A stretch of 64,000 nt of DNA, taken from Endomicrobium sp. GTDB lineage: Bacteria; Elusimicrobiota; Endomicrobiia; Endomicrobiales; Endomicrobiaceae. Of this stretch, positions 33,869 through 44,642 are shown piece after piece. The notes under the pieces were generated by a model. It did no database searches, was not told where the DNA came from, and saw nothing but the letters and a program-made list of their open reading frames with translations. A program made the translations under genes and the position numbers. Each line of letters begins with the position of its first letter. The stretch's first letter is position 1. The stretch is from the NCBI GenBank assembly GCA_031260705.1, contig JAISLA010000003.1:76615-140614 (forward strand). Direction: 5' to 3'.

Positions 33869-35518
33869 TTATAAGTTGTTCTGTCTTTTGTTTTTTGAAG
33901 AATTTTTAAAATTTGGACGACTTTTGCCGACAGTACTTTCATTTCCTTTAGCAGGTTCAACGAAAACTTTTTTTCCTTTAATATTGCTTGAATGCAAAGC
34001 GTTAATTATATCGACAGCATATTCCTGCGGAACTTCAACAAATGAAAATGCGTCTAAAATTTTAATATCCCCTATCAGACCGCTGTTTATTCCTGTTTCA
34101 CCCGTAATAGCGCCTACAAAATCTCCGGCTCTTACACCATTTTTTTTACCTATGTTGATAAACAGTCTTGTCATGCTGTACTTGTTTATGTTTTCTGAAA
34201 TATCGGCTTTTTGTTCCTGCTCTCTCTTTTCTGAAGCAAACATAATTTTTAAGAGAGTTGCCGCAACGTCTAACGAAGTAATTTCGTTTGAAATTAGAGA
34301 TTCTGCCATTCTGGCGTATTTTTCAAGGTCTTTTTCTTTTAAAACTTCTTTTATTTTATCAAGTATTATCGTTTCTTTTGTATTTTCAACATCGGCAAGC
34401 GACGGAACCTGCATTCTTTTGATATTTGCTTTCGTATATCTTTGAATATCTCTTAATTTATAAATATCTTTTCCTGAAACAAAACTGTACGCTTTGCCGG
34501 CTTTTCCGGCTCTGCCGGTTCTTCCGATTCTATGCACATAGTCTTCATCATCTTTGGGAACGTCAAAATTAAAGACCATATCTATGTCATCAACGTCTAT
34601 GCCTCTTGCCGCAACGTCGGTAGCTATAAGAAGTTCTATTGAACCGTTTCTGAATTTTGTCATTACTTTGTTTCTTTGGGACTGATTCATATCGCCGTGA
34701 ATTGCGTCGGCACAATAGCCTCTTGCCTGAAGCGAGGAGGTAACTTCATCAACTCTTTTCTTGGTATTGCAGAAAACAAGCGAAAGTTTGGGATCATACA
34801 TATCGAGGCATCTTGTGAGAGCCTCAAGTTTTTGGTGTTCTTTTATGTCGAAATAATATTGTTCAATAGAAGGAACCGTTAATTTTTCGCTTACAACTTT
34901 TATAGTTTCGGGACTGTGCTGGTATTTTTTAGTAAGAGACAGAAATTCTTTAGGCATCGTAGCTGAAAAAAATACGGTTTGTCTTCCTTCAGGAATACTT
35001 TTAAGAATTAATTCTATATCGTCTCTGAAACCCATGTCGAGCATTTCATCGGCTTCGTCTAAAATTATAGTTGAAGCAGTGTCAAGTTTTAATGTTCTGC
35101 GTTCCAGATGATCTATGACTCTGCCGGGCGTTCCTATTACAATTTGCGCTCCTTTTGAAAGAGCTGTCATCTGTCTTTGAATAGGCTGCCCGCCGTAAAC
35201 CGGCACTATGCTAATGCCTTTTTTGTATTTTGAGAAAAGCTTTAATTCTTCCGCGACTTGTATTGCAAGTTCTCTGGTAGGGCATAAAATTACCGCCTGA
35301 ACGACTTTATTTTTTGCATTGGTTTTTTCTAAAACAGGAATACCGAAAGCTGCTGTTTTCCCCGTACCCGTTTGAGACTGTCCTATAATGTCTATGCCGG
35401 TCATCATTTTAGGGATTGACAGACTCTGGATAGGAGTAGCCTCTTCAAACCCCAGATCTTCAACTGCTTTAAGTATTTCGTTTGATAGATTTAATTCATT
35501 AAATTTTAATGTTGTCAT
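33869..35518 (-). CDS. deaD: DEAD-box RNA helicase with DbpA C-terminal domain
   Basis: QTGTGKT, PTRELA, DEAD, SAT, HRIGRTGR, RLFINIG. Confidence 0.92.
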   Translation of the reverse strand: MTTLKFNELNLSNEILKAVEDLGFEEATPIQSLSIPKMMTGIDIIGQSQTGTGKTAAFGIPVLEKTNAKNKVVQAVILCPTRELAIQVAEELKLFSKYKKGISIVPVYGGQPIQRQMTALSKGAQIVIGTPGRVIDHLERRTLKLDTASTIILDEADEMLDMGFRDDIELILKSIPEGRQTVFFSATMPKEFLSLTKKYQHSPETIKVVSEKLTVPSIEQYYFDIKEHQKLEALTRCLDMYDPKLSLVFCNTKKRVDEVTSSLQARGYCADAIHGDMNQSQRNKVMTKFRNGSIELLIATDVAARGIDVDDIDMVFNFDVPKDDEDYVHRIGRTGRAGKAGKAYSFVSGKDIYKLRDIQRYTKANIKRMQVPSLADVENTKETIILDKIKEVLKEKDLEKYARMAESLISNEITSLDVAATLLKIMFASEKREQEQKADISENINKYSMTRLFINIGKKNGVRAGDFVGAITGETGINSGLIGDIKILDAFSFVEVPQEYAVDIINALHSSNIKGKKVFVEPAKGNESTVGKSRPNFKNSSKNKRQNNL

Positions 35519-35699
35519 TATTTTTCTGCATTCTTCCGGAGCAGATCTCCTTTTTTTTGATTGCCTCTCAAAAACAGAACCGTATACTGAAAAAACTCAA
35601 TCCGGTGTTTCTTGCGGATTCTGCTGCCAAATTAAAAAACACTGAAGATATTAAAGCAAATTGTGAATAATACTTTTGAATACCGGCGGATACCTGAAT

Positions 35700-36200
35700 T
35701 TATCGTTCCGGATTTGACTTGGAACGGACAGTGTATTTCAACACTTTTTCAACTTCTGCTAGGTCTGTATCCGTAGCGGCACATCCGTCTTTTGTAAGCG
35801 GCACAAACTGAACTGCCACATTTTCATCTTTTAGCATTTTAAATGCCTGATTTCCTTCAAAGAAACAGGCAATGCCGACTATAGCTTCCGGTTTTTGCTT
35901 TCTTATAATCTTTTCAATCACTCTGCCGCCTTTTACGATATACAAGTCCCGATAATTTAATTTTCTTATAAGTTTAGTTATGTCGCTTATCTTGCAGCCG
36001 CCGCATTCTGTGCAAATATAACAGCTGCCTTTTTCAACAGTAGCGCAAACCGCAGCATTTCTCATGCAATGCGGGACAAAAACAATGCGTTTGTTAAATG
36101 GAACAGAGGCGAATTTGTTCACCTGAAGTTTGTTTTGCTTATATGCAAAAGTTTTATAGATTTGTTCTTTGCTTTTTTGGGGGAACTTGCATAATTTCAT
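35700..36200 (-). CDS. DUF116-family Cys-rich protein
   Basis: RIVFVPHCMR..C...C..CGGC.I, IVGIAC, PL.KDGC..T. Confidence 0.75.
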   Translation of the reverse strand: MKLCKFPQKSKEQIYKTFAYKQNKLQVNKFASVPFNKRIVFVPHCMRNAAVCATVEKGSCYICTECGGCKISDITKLIRKLNYRDLYIVKGGRVIEKIIRKQKPEAIVGIACFFEGNQAFKMLKDENVAVQFVPLTKDGCAATDTDLAEVEKVLKYTVRSKSNPER

Positions 36201-36715
36201 ATAGAATATTATATAAAATATTGATTGAAAAAGCTAGATGTAATATCGTACGATCGTACGAATGCAAAATGCGGGGTTTTAAGAATCTAGTGCATACCGG
36301 ATTGTATTATGACAGCAAAACAGATAAAAAATGTTTCTGTTCTGTTGAAGTATAATTTAATTCTAGTAGAACTTTAGAACATACAAAAGGAAAGGAAAAG
36401 TTGAAATGACTGCAAATTTTTCTTCTGTCGCTTGCTCAATACTATGTCTGCAGCAAAAGGCAAAAATGGAAAATGTAAAGAGCATCGTTTTAAGTTGTGA
36501 GGAAAGATAAAAAATGATAAAATAAATAAGCAAAAGGTAAAGATGAAAAATGTCTTAATTGAGAAAACGGACAGCACATTAAAACAGACAATGAAAGAAT
36601 TTGAATATATCAAAGGATAAAAAAGAAAAATGTATAAGCGTAAATATTTCAAAATTGCAGAATTAGTAAATCAGTTTTTTTATGAAATATTTAAAAAGAA
36701 AAGGAAAATTAAAAA

Positions 36716-37594
36716 ATGAGCAATAAAGAAGACAGCATAAATATTCCCTTAGTACATAAAGGCAAGGTTAGAGATGTTTATGATTTGGGGCAGAGCTATT
36801 TAATTGTTGCTTCCGATAGAATTTCAGCTTTTGATTATGTTATTCCAACAATAATTCCGGATAAAGGCAGAATCCTTCACAAACTTTCAATATTTTGGTT
36901 TGATTTTATTCAAGGGATAGTTCCAAATCACATTATTACCGGAAATTTTGAAAGTTTTCCGCCGGCGCTTAAACAGTACGAGTATTTGCGCGACAGGTCA
37001 ATGATAGTGAAAAAAGCAAAGAGAGTTGACATAGAATGCATTGTCAGGGGGTACCTTGCGGGGTCGGGGTGGAAAGAATATCAAAAGTCTCAAACCGTAT
37101 GCGGCATAAAACTTCCTAGCGGGCTTAAAGAATCTTCAAAACTACCGGAGCCTGGTTTTACTCCGTCAAGCAAAGAAGAGGTCGGAAAACATGACGAAAA
37201 TATCTCTTTTGAAGAAATGGTAGAAAGAGTAGGAAAAGATACTGCTGAAAGTTTGCGGAGAATTTCGCTTGAATTATATAAAAAGGTAAGTGAGGATTCT
37301 TTTTCGAAAGGCATAATACTTGCGGATGCAAAACTGGAATTTGGTTTTTACGACAACCAGCTGATACTTATAGATGAAATTTTTACTCCCGATTCGTCGA
37401 GATTTTGGGAGACCGGCAAATATGAAGAGGGGAAACCGCAGGACAGTTTAGATAAACAGTATGTAAGAGATTATCTTGAACGCATAAAATGGGATAAATC
37501 GTCACCGGCTCCGGAACTTCCGAAAGACGTTGTTGAAAAAACTATGGAGAAATATGTCAGCGTATATGAGAAGCTGACAGGAGTGAATTTCTGA
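36716..37594 (+). CDS. purC: SAICAR synthetase
   Basis: GKVRDVY, SDRISAFD, ECIVRGY, DAKLEFG, TPDSSRFW. Confidence 0.97.
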   Translation: MSNKEDSINIPLVHKGKVRDVYDLGQSYLIVASDRISAFDYVIPTIIPDKGRILHKLSIFWFDFIQGIVPNHIITGNFESFPPALKQYEYLRDRSMIVKKAKRVDIECIVRGYLAGSGWKEYQKSQTVCGIKLPSGLKESSKLPEPGFTPSSKEEVGKHDENISFEEMVERVGKDTAESLRRISLELYKKVSEDSFSKGIILADAKLEFGFYDNQLILIDEIFTPDSSRFWETGKYEEGKPQDSLDKQYVRDYLERIKWDKSSPAPELPKDVVEKTMEKYVSVYEKLTGVNF

Positions 37595-38130
37595 TGTTTG
37601 AGATAGAGATTCGTACAAAAAAGGGTTTTAAAAATTCGCACGGAGAACATGTCTTGTCCGACATTTCCGGTATCGGCATTAAAGGCATAACAGAAGTTGA
37701 ATATTTCCCGCTGTATGTCATCGACGGCGGGATAACTTCCGCAGAAGTCGGAACAATAGCTTTGGAGTTATTGAGCGATAAAATAACCGAGACTTACATC
37801 TGCCGTTATAAAGAGCAGAGCGTTGGGAAGTCCCTAAAGACCGAATCCTCCGCCGGCATAGATGTCTCAGAAACGGCGGCTTGCGCCGATTCCGCAATTC
37901 TTCCGCACTCCGCTTTTTTTGTCATAGAGGTTTGGTACAAAAAAGGCGTTACTGATACGGTTTCCGAAAGCGTAATAAAAGCTGTAAAAGATTTGGGGAT
38001 TGAAAAAGAAATTAAAGTTAAAACGGGACATAAATATTATCTTTACGGTAAAGTTTCACAGGCAGTTTTAAATGATATAGCTACAAAATTGTTGGCAAAT
38101 ACGTTGGTACAGGAGTATGTTGCGCAATAA
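37594..38130 (+). CDS. purS: FGAM synthase PurS subunit, tandem double domain
   Basis: Two PurS-like halves (IEI..K..F...G..V; IEV.YKKGVTD...LLANTLVQ); lies between purC and purL. Confidence 0.8.
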   Translation: MFEIEIRTKKGFKNSHGEHVLSDISGIGIKGITEVEYFPLYVIDGGITSAEVGTIALELLSDKITETYICRYKEQSVGKSLKTESSAGIDVSETAACADSAILPHSAFFVIEVWYKKGVTDTVSESVIKAVKDLGIEKEIKVKTGHKYYLYGKVSQAVLNDIATKLLANTLVQEYVAQ

Positions 38131-40560
38131 ATGAAATGTATAACTGATTGTAAAATTATTGAAATCTTAAATCTTTCCGATGAACAACTGATTGAGTTGA
38201 GCAGAAAAAATGTTCTTTCGCTGTCGCTTGAGGAAATGAAAACGGTTCAAAACTATTTTAAAAAACTTAAAAGAAATCCTACCGATGTTGAAATTGAAAC
38301 GCTAGCTCAGACTTGGAGTGAGCACTGCAAGCATAAAACGCTGACGGGAATAATAGAATATACCGAAGAGAAAAACAGTAAGAAGACAAGAAGAATATAC
38401 AATAATCTTCTCAAAGAAACTATTTTTAAAGCTGCGGTTGAATTAAATAAAAAGTGGTGTCTGTCTGTTTTTAAAGACAATGCTGGAGTTATTGAATTCG
38501 ATTCTGAAAACGGTATTGCTTTTAAAGTTGAGACGCATAATCATCCGTCAGCTCTTGAGCCGTACGGCGGTTCTGCGACGGGTATTGGTGGCGTTATAAG
38601 GGATATTTTGGGAGTTGGTCTTGGAGCAAAACCTTTGGCTAATACCGATGTATTTTGTTTTGGAGATCCGGATACGGAATATTCAAAAGTGCCAGAAGGA
38701 ATGCATCATCCTAAAAGAATAGCCAAAGGCGTTGTGTCAGGTGTCAGGGATTACGGGAATAGAATGGGTATTCCTACCGTAAACGGAACAGTCTGTTTTG
38801 ACGACGGCTATATGGCAAATCCGCTTGTTTACTGCGGAACTATGGGAATAATACCGAAAGATAAAATAGAGAAAAAGGTCAATTCCGGCGACTTAATTTT
38901 AGTTGTCGGAGGAAGAGCGGGCAGAGATGGAATACACGGAGCGACGTTTTCTTCTGTGCAGCTTGATCAGGAATCTGACGTAAGCGCTGTTCAGATAGGC
39001 AATCCTATAATTGAGAAAAAAGTTTTGGATACTCTAATTAAAGCGAGAGATTTAAATCTTTACAGGTCGGTTACCGACTGCGGTGCCGGCGGTTTATCCA
39101 GCGCTGTAGGAGAACTCGGAAAAAAAACGGGTGCAGTCGTTTATCTTGATAGAGTGCCGCTAAAATACGACGGGCTTTGTCCATGGGAAATATGGATTTC
39201 AGAAGCACAGGAGAGAATGGTTTTTGCTGTTCCTCCAGAAAATAAAGAGAAAATCGTAGAAATATTTGAAAGGGAAAATGTCGAGGCTGTTTTTATTGGA
39301 GAATTTACGGCTGACGGAAAACTTACTCTTATATATGAAGGCGATGTTGTGACAAATATAGATATGGAGTTTCTGCATAACGGAGTTCCCAAACCTACAA
39401 GACCTGCGCTTTGTAAAATAAAAGAAGAAAAAATACAAAAGCCTGTTGAGATGAGTTCTTCTGAAATTTCAGAAGCTTTGAAAGCTTCGCTTTCGGATTT
39501 GAATGTCTGTTCTAAAGAATGGATTGTAAGACAGTACGACCATGAAGTGCAGGGGCAGACTGTTATAAAGCCGTTTCAAGGAAATAATGTTGAAGTGTCA
39601 GGACCGGGCGATGCAGCCATTATTTTTCCCTACACTGTTGTCAGGGGTACAAAGAAAGGCATTGTTTTATCTAACGGTATAAATCCGCAGTACGGAAAAA
39701 TAAATACTTATAAAATGGCGGCGTCTGCAATAGAAGAGGCTTTGAGAAATGCGGTTGCTGTCGGGGCCGATATCGAAAAAATGTCGCTGCTGGATAATTT
39801 TTGCTGGGGAAATCCTGACGAGCCGGAGATTTTAGGAAGTTTGGTGCGGGCGGCAAATGCCTGTTATGATATGTCAAAATCTTTTGATGTTCCTTTTATA
39901 TCGGGGAAAGACAGTTTGCACAATGAATATTCTATAGGCGGAAAAAAATATTCAATACCTCCTGCGCTTTTAATATCTGCGATGGGTGTTATTGAAAATG
40001 CCGCAAATACTTTTACAATGCCTTTAAAAAACGATGGAGATAAAGTATTTGTTTTGGGAACTACAAGAAACGAACTTGGCGGTTCAGTGCTTGCTAAAAT
40101 AAAAAATATTAAATACGGTATAGTACCTGACGTGCATCCGCAGGAATCTAAAGACATTATGAAAAGGATTTACCGGGCGGCAAGTGAAAATTTAATAGAA
40201 GCCTGCCATGACTGTTCCGAAGGCGGGCTTGTGGTTGCAATAAGCGAAATGGCTTTTGCAGCGGGAAAGGGTGTAAAAATAGATATAGATGCTGTTAAAA
40301 CGGGAAAAATAAAGTCGCAGGAAACAGAACTGACTGCGGCTGAAATATTGTTTTCGGAATCTAACGGCAGGTTTGTTGTCGAAGTAAAACCCGGAAACGA
40401 AGCCCGATTCGGAGAAATTTTAGAAGATGCGGTTTTTGCCGAAATTGGCTGCGTGAACAGCGATAAAGGAATAGTTTTTGAAAGTGAAAAGAACAAAATA
40501 AAAATACAGGAAGCTCCGGAAGTTCTTTTGAACTATTGGCGCAGTACTATCAACTGGTGA
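38131..40560 (+). CDS. purL: FGAM synthase PurL
   Basis: WSEHCKH, ETHNHPS, DCGAGG, SEAQERM, HDCSEGG. Confidence 0.97.
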   Translation: MKCITDCKIIEILNLSDEQLIELSRKNVLSLSLEEMKTVQNYFKKLKRNPTDVEIETLAQTWSEHCKHKTLTGIIEYTEEKNSKKTRRIYNNLLKETIFKAAVELNKKWCLSVFKDNAGVIEFDSENGIAFKVETHNHPSALEPYGGSATGIGGVIRDILGVGLGAKPLANTDVFCFGDPDTEYSKVPEGMHHPKRIAKGVVSGVRDYGNRMGIPTVNGTVCFDDGYMANPLVYCGTMGIIPKDKIEKKVNSGDLILVVGGRAGRDGIHGATFSSVQLDQESDVSAVQIGNPIIEKKVLDTLIKARDLNLYRSVTDCGAGGLSSAVGELGKKTGAVVYLDRVPLKYDGLCPWEIWISEAQERMVFAVPPENKEKIVEIFERENVEAVFIGEFTADGKLTLIYEGDVVTNIDMEFLHNGVPKPTRPALCKIKEEKIQKPVEMSSSEISEALKASLSDLNVCSKEWIVRQYDHEVQGQTVIKPFQGNNVEVSGPGDAAIIFPYTVVRGTKKGIVLSNGINPQYGKINTYKMAASAIEEALRNAVAVGADIEKMSLLDNFCWGNPDEPEILGSLVRAANACYDMSKSFDVPFISGKDSLHNEYSIGGKKYSIPPALLISAMGVIENAANTFTMPLKNDGDKVFVLGTTRNELGGSVLAKIKNIKYGIVPDVHPQESKDIMKRIYRAASENLIEACHDCSEGGLVVAISEMAFAAGKGVKIDIDAVKTGKIKSQETELTAAEILFSESNGRFVVEVKPGNEARFGEILEDAVFAEIGCVNSDKGIVFESEKNKIKIQEAPEVLLNYWRSTINW

Positions 40561-40676
40561 TTTCTTTGCTGTTATCAGATGCGGGTCTGTATGCGATTTA
40601 GACTTGTTTGCGGTTGCCTTTCGCGCTGGAATGTGAGCATTTATTAAGAAGATTTGAGTTTATATCGGGATAAAAT

Positions 40677-41462
40677 ATGAAAAAAGCCAAAGTATTAATT
40701 TTAAGAACTGCAGGGACAAATTGCGACTGCGAAACACAGGCTGCTTTTGAATTGTCCGGAGCTGTTGCGGAACGTATACATATTAACGCTCTTATTGAAA
40801 AAAAAGATAAAATTTTTGAGTATGATATTCTGGCTTTTCCCGGCGGATTTTCTTACGGCGACGACATAGCATCTGGCAAAATATTGGCAAATGAAATCAA
40901 AAACAAACTCGGCGATAGAATTAAGAAGTTTGCTCTAAGCGGCAGGCCTATTATTGGAATATGCAACGGTTTTCAGGTTTTGGTCAAAATGGGACTGCTT
41001 CCCGATCCTGAACTTTTTGAACAGGTTTCCACTCTTTCTTATAATGACTCGGACAAGTTTGAATGCCGCTGGGTTTATTTAAAAACCGAAAAGAAAATTA
41101 AAAATGAATCTAACTGCGTTTGGACAAAAAATCTGCCTGATATCATAAGTCTGCCTGTAGCTCACGGCGAGGGAAAGTTTATTCCGGATGATAGGAAACT
41201 TTTGGACAGTTTAAATGAAAATAATCAGATAGTTTTCAGATATTCTTCAAAAGACGGCGGCAAACCGGAATATCCTTTAGATCCAAACGGTTCTGTAGAT
41301 CAGATAGCCGGAATATGCAGTACGGCTGGAAATGTTTTCGGACTTATGCCTCATCCGGAAAGATATATTTTCGCTTTGCAGCATCCTGCCGGAGAAAGTT
41401 TTTGCAGAGGATACGGGTGGGGAAAAGTCATTTTCCAAAATGCCGTTGATTTTGTAAAGTAG
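40677..41462 (+). CDS. purQ: FGAM synthase glutaminase PurQ
   Basis: GTNCD, PGGFSYGD, GICNGFQ, MPHPER. Confidence 0.97.
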   Translation: MKKAKVLILRTAGTNCDCETQAAFELSGAVAERIHINALIEKKDKIFEYDILAFPGGFSYGDDIASGKILANEIKNKLGDRIKKFALSGRPIIGICNGFQVLVKMGLLPDPELFEQVSTLSYNDSDKFECRWVYLKTEKKIKNESNCVWTKNLPDIISLPVAHGEGKFIPDDRKLLDSLNENNQIVFRYSSKDGGKPEYPLDPNGSVDQIAGICSTAGNVFGLMPHPERYIFALQHPAGESFCRGYGWGKVIFQNAVDFVK

Positions 41463-41554
41463 CGGATAAAAAAATATCTCTGCTTTCAAAATTGCAGAAA
41501 AAGCAATATGTTGTAATTATTAACAAATAAAATTTATGTTGTTTGGAAGTGTTT

Positions 41555-42490
41555 ATGAAAAAAATGATAACACTTTTAATAGCAGGATTAATATCGTTAA
41601 CATTCTATGGAAAGCTGATAGTAAATCTCCTGCAACTATAAAAAAAGAAAATTCAAAACAAGTATTAAATAATGATAAAAAAACTGGTAACGAGCTTCCT
41701 AAAAATATTAAAGAAAAACCAAATCCAGAAATAATTGGTAAAACTTCGGAGACATTTTGGATATACAAATGCGCGAACGTTTTGTGAGAATACAAATGGT
41801 GGATAGTTGGGACAAATTATTATGCTGGGGCGGTATTAAGAAAAGAAAAACTATAGCTGGATTTGTTTGTGGCATAATAGTACCGCTAGCCCAGCCACCT
41901 GCTAATCCGTCTGCCCAACTACATCTAGCCGAATTCAGAGTATTTATTCCCGGGTTGCAAGACACCAAACTTTAGACTGTCAATTCGTAGATTTAGCTCT
42001 ATACCATCTAGACCAAGGACTAACAATTCAAGAGCCGGTCATAGACCATCAATATGCACTTTTAAGCCGAGTTCAAGTTATAGTTTCAGAATCAATTTCT
42101 CAAGCCCGACTAGCTGAACTAGCTCAAGCCCTGCTGCGAGTAGCTTTATTAATCCAAGAGCAAGAATAAGTTCTAAATCAAGTCCAAGACTTTCAAAGAT
42201 TACTAGAGCGAGAAATAGTTTATCGAAATATACCTCAAGAAGAACTTTTACGCTTAGCCCAAGATACTCAAACCTCATTCCTAATCCGTCTAGCCCAAAT
42301 CTTAGATCGCCTATCCAAAGCCCAAAACCCTCAAGAATTTCAACGACGTTTAGGGGTAGTCCAAGTCCGTCTATTTTTAGCTTAATTAGACTGCCGAGTT
42401 CGCCAAGCTCCATTCATCCAAAACTCTTTAGCTCAGAGTCGGGTTCTATCTTCTATTACTACTATTAAGACTATGTCTGCTGAATTTCCA
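41555..42490 (+). pseudogene. Decayed lipoprotein gene (signal-cassette family) with a Q/L/A/R-rich helical body (3' end approximate)
   Basis: MKKMITLLIAGLISLTFY-GKL (Cys codon lost), then a K-rich linker, YKWWIVG and a helical region; several stops and frameshifts. Confidence 0.55.
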
Positions 42491-42561
42491 GCAGACAAAA
42501 AAGTCCTTTCAATTTTTAAAGAATTAAAATACAAAAAAGGGTAAAGAATTTGGTGGAAAAA

Positions 42562-42666
42562 GTGAAAAAAATATCTTTAATGGCAGGATTAATGATAATA
42601 CCTGCGTGTGCAAAATCGAGAGAGTTATTAAGCAGTAATAAAGAGACTGGGATGTTGATATATTGA
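42562..42666 (+). pseudogene. Lipoprotein signal-cassette remnant
   Basis: MKKISLMAGLMIIPAC-AKSRELLSSNKETG; DNA aligns with 8314-8400. Confidence 0.55.
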
Positions 42667-43303
42667 ATTGTTCGCAAGCAAAAGAAGTAAAATTGGATTG
42701 GTATAATATAAATATTCCCTTTTTAGTATTTTTATGTGTGTGAGTCTGCTTTGTTCTTTATGCTTCTTTGTGTGTATTATTCTGGGTGAAAATGCGATAG
42801 ATAAAGGAATTATAAATGAAAAAGTTGTTTATAATTATCTTTATGCTTTGTGCTTTTTGTACAGAATGTGGAAGCAGGATTATTTTGTGATTGGTGACAC
42901 CATAGGTTAGATGAGTGTCGTGCTGAAAAGAGAGCGGTAGAAAAAAAGTATAACAACGAAACAGAATATCATAATGTTTGTCAGGGAAGCTTAATAAGCC
43001 CAATATTTGGGGCATTACCTAAAAAATGGGAGTTCATTACCCAAAATAAGGTGAAAAAGCCTGATAAATAAGGATTTTGCATACTCCTCTATCTCTCTAT
43101 TACGACTATTAATATAAAAGATTGAATAAAGACACTTCAAAACTATTTAATGATAGGAATGTGTCAGTTCTGCTGCTTCTATCGTTCGTTCTCGTTCTAT
43201 TTTTTTGCTATTATTTATGAGATTGATTATGCAGAATGTTCTAAATAAGTTACCTTTTAAAAGAGACGAATGATTTAAAGGATATTCTTTCTCATGATAA
43301 TAC

Positions 43304-43651
43304 TTGAATGGAATGTTAAAAATGTTCTATGAAGTAATCATTGCTTTTAATGTTTTGATGTGTTTGTTCTCTTTTGGTTGCAGTTGTAAGCCTATTCCTT
43401 GTACTCCTAAAAATTGTCAACCTGTTCCTTGTTCGTCTACTCTTTGTGAGTCTCAATCGTCAAAGGTCGCTGTTATTTTTGATGGAAATGACAAGATGCA
43501 ATATTTGCTCGATAGTTCGGCTCAAATTGAAAGTCATTTTCTGAACACGACAAAAATAGTAAAAATTGTAGAGTTTCAAGGCTTGAAAGCTATCTTTCCG
43601 TTGTGTCTCAGCCTTACTCCTTTTCGGTATCGAATGCCTTATTCATTTTGA
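43304..43651 (+). CDS. Small Cys/Pro-rich putative lipoprotein, possibly truncated
   Basis: Hydrophobic N-terminus ending FSFGC, then SCKPIPCTPKNCQPVPCSSTLC. Confidence 0.4.
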   Translation: MNGMLKMFYEVIIAFNVLMCLFSFGCSCKPIPCTPKNCQPVPCSSTLCESQSSKVAVIFDGNDKMQYLLDSSAQIESHFLNTTKIVKIVEFQGLKAIFPLCLSLTPFRYRMPYSF

Positions 43652-43722
43652 GCTTGTTTATCCTGATTAAGTTATAATGAATGTCGTCTGTCTGCGAATT
43701 TAAAATATCCGATAGAGAAGTA

Positions 43723-44137
43723 ATGAAAAAACTAATGATCCTTTTAATGGTTGTATTAACAATAATGACTGCTTGTCAAAAACAGACTATCATTAATCTT
43801 GCTTCTAGAGCTGAGCCCTGAGACCGACAAACTTATAACAGTAGTTTCTTGTTTGGTATAGTGTGTAGTAGGCGCAATAGACGTAGGTTGTTCAATTGTT
43901 ATTTATAAGCTTGCTATGTCCAAACTTGAGGATAAGCCTGAGCCTGAAGAGGATAAGAATAGTTACAACTTGAGTTTTAGTATTTCATCGTCCAAGCGTG
44001 ATTTTTTTGTTATGTTTAATTTTTTTCATGTTACACATCCGTTTAGGTTGTTTTCCATGAACTCTCATTACGATCTTACAACAATTTCGCGTGATGATGG
44101 TTATGGATTATCCAGAAGAAATAGAGATGAGAGGTAA
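43723..44137 (+). pseudogene. Decayed lipoprotein gene
   Basis: MKKLMILLMVVLTIMTAC-QKQ...* followed by a hydrophobic fragment and an acidic tail (SKLEDKPEPEED). Confidence 0.5.
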
Positions 44138-44642
44138 TGTTAATCATTCCCGCCCCGAAAAAGAATAATTTCAAAGGAAAGTTGATATCTGTTTTGAAAA
44201 AGATTTTTAGGTTTATTAATCTTGTTAAAGACCGGGTAGTACCCGGACTCTGTAATAATTAATAATAAAAAACAGTCCAGCACAGGAAGCTTGAATACCG
44301 AATTCAAAAGTCTTAAGATTGACTTGCCAAAGAAAGAGTCCTGCTGACATAAACAACAAACCGCTTGACGCGTATAGGCGAAATACTGAAACTGTAAACC
44401 TTTAAGAGAAGCTTTAAATAAACTTTGAGAAGTTTACTTGCACAAATGTAAGCGGATCATTTTTGCCAATATCAATATATTTATTTCAATAATAATACAT
44501 AAATAATACATAATATGTATTATTTATGAGTAAAAGATACGGGTTTCGGGTAATGTGCCTTAAAAAAAAAAGATAAGAACAGTATATATTTTGAGAAAGG
44601 AATATCAGAGAAAATAAGAGTAAAGTAAAAAAATTCTTTTTA

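Noticed and set aside
42078-42413. Leu/Gly-rich minus-strand ORF resembling a leucine-rich repeat
   Set aside because: It is the antisense shadow of CAA/CTA-rich codons in the plus-strand pseudogene.
44498-44530. Chromosomal dif site
   Set aside because: The right arm does not match the XerD consensus TTATGTTAAAT, and the site is near the presumed origin rather than the terminus.
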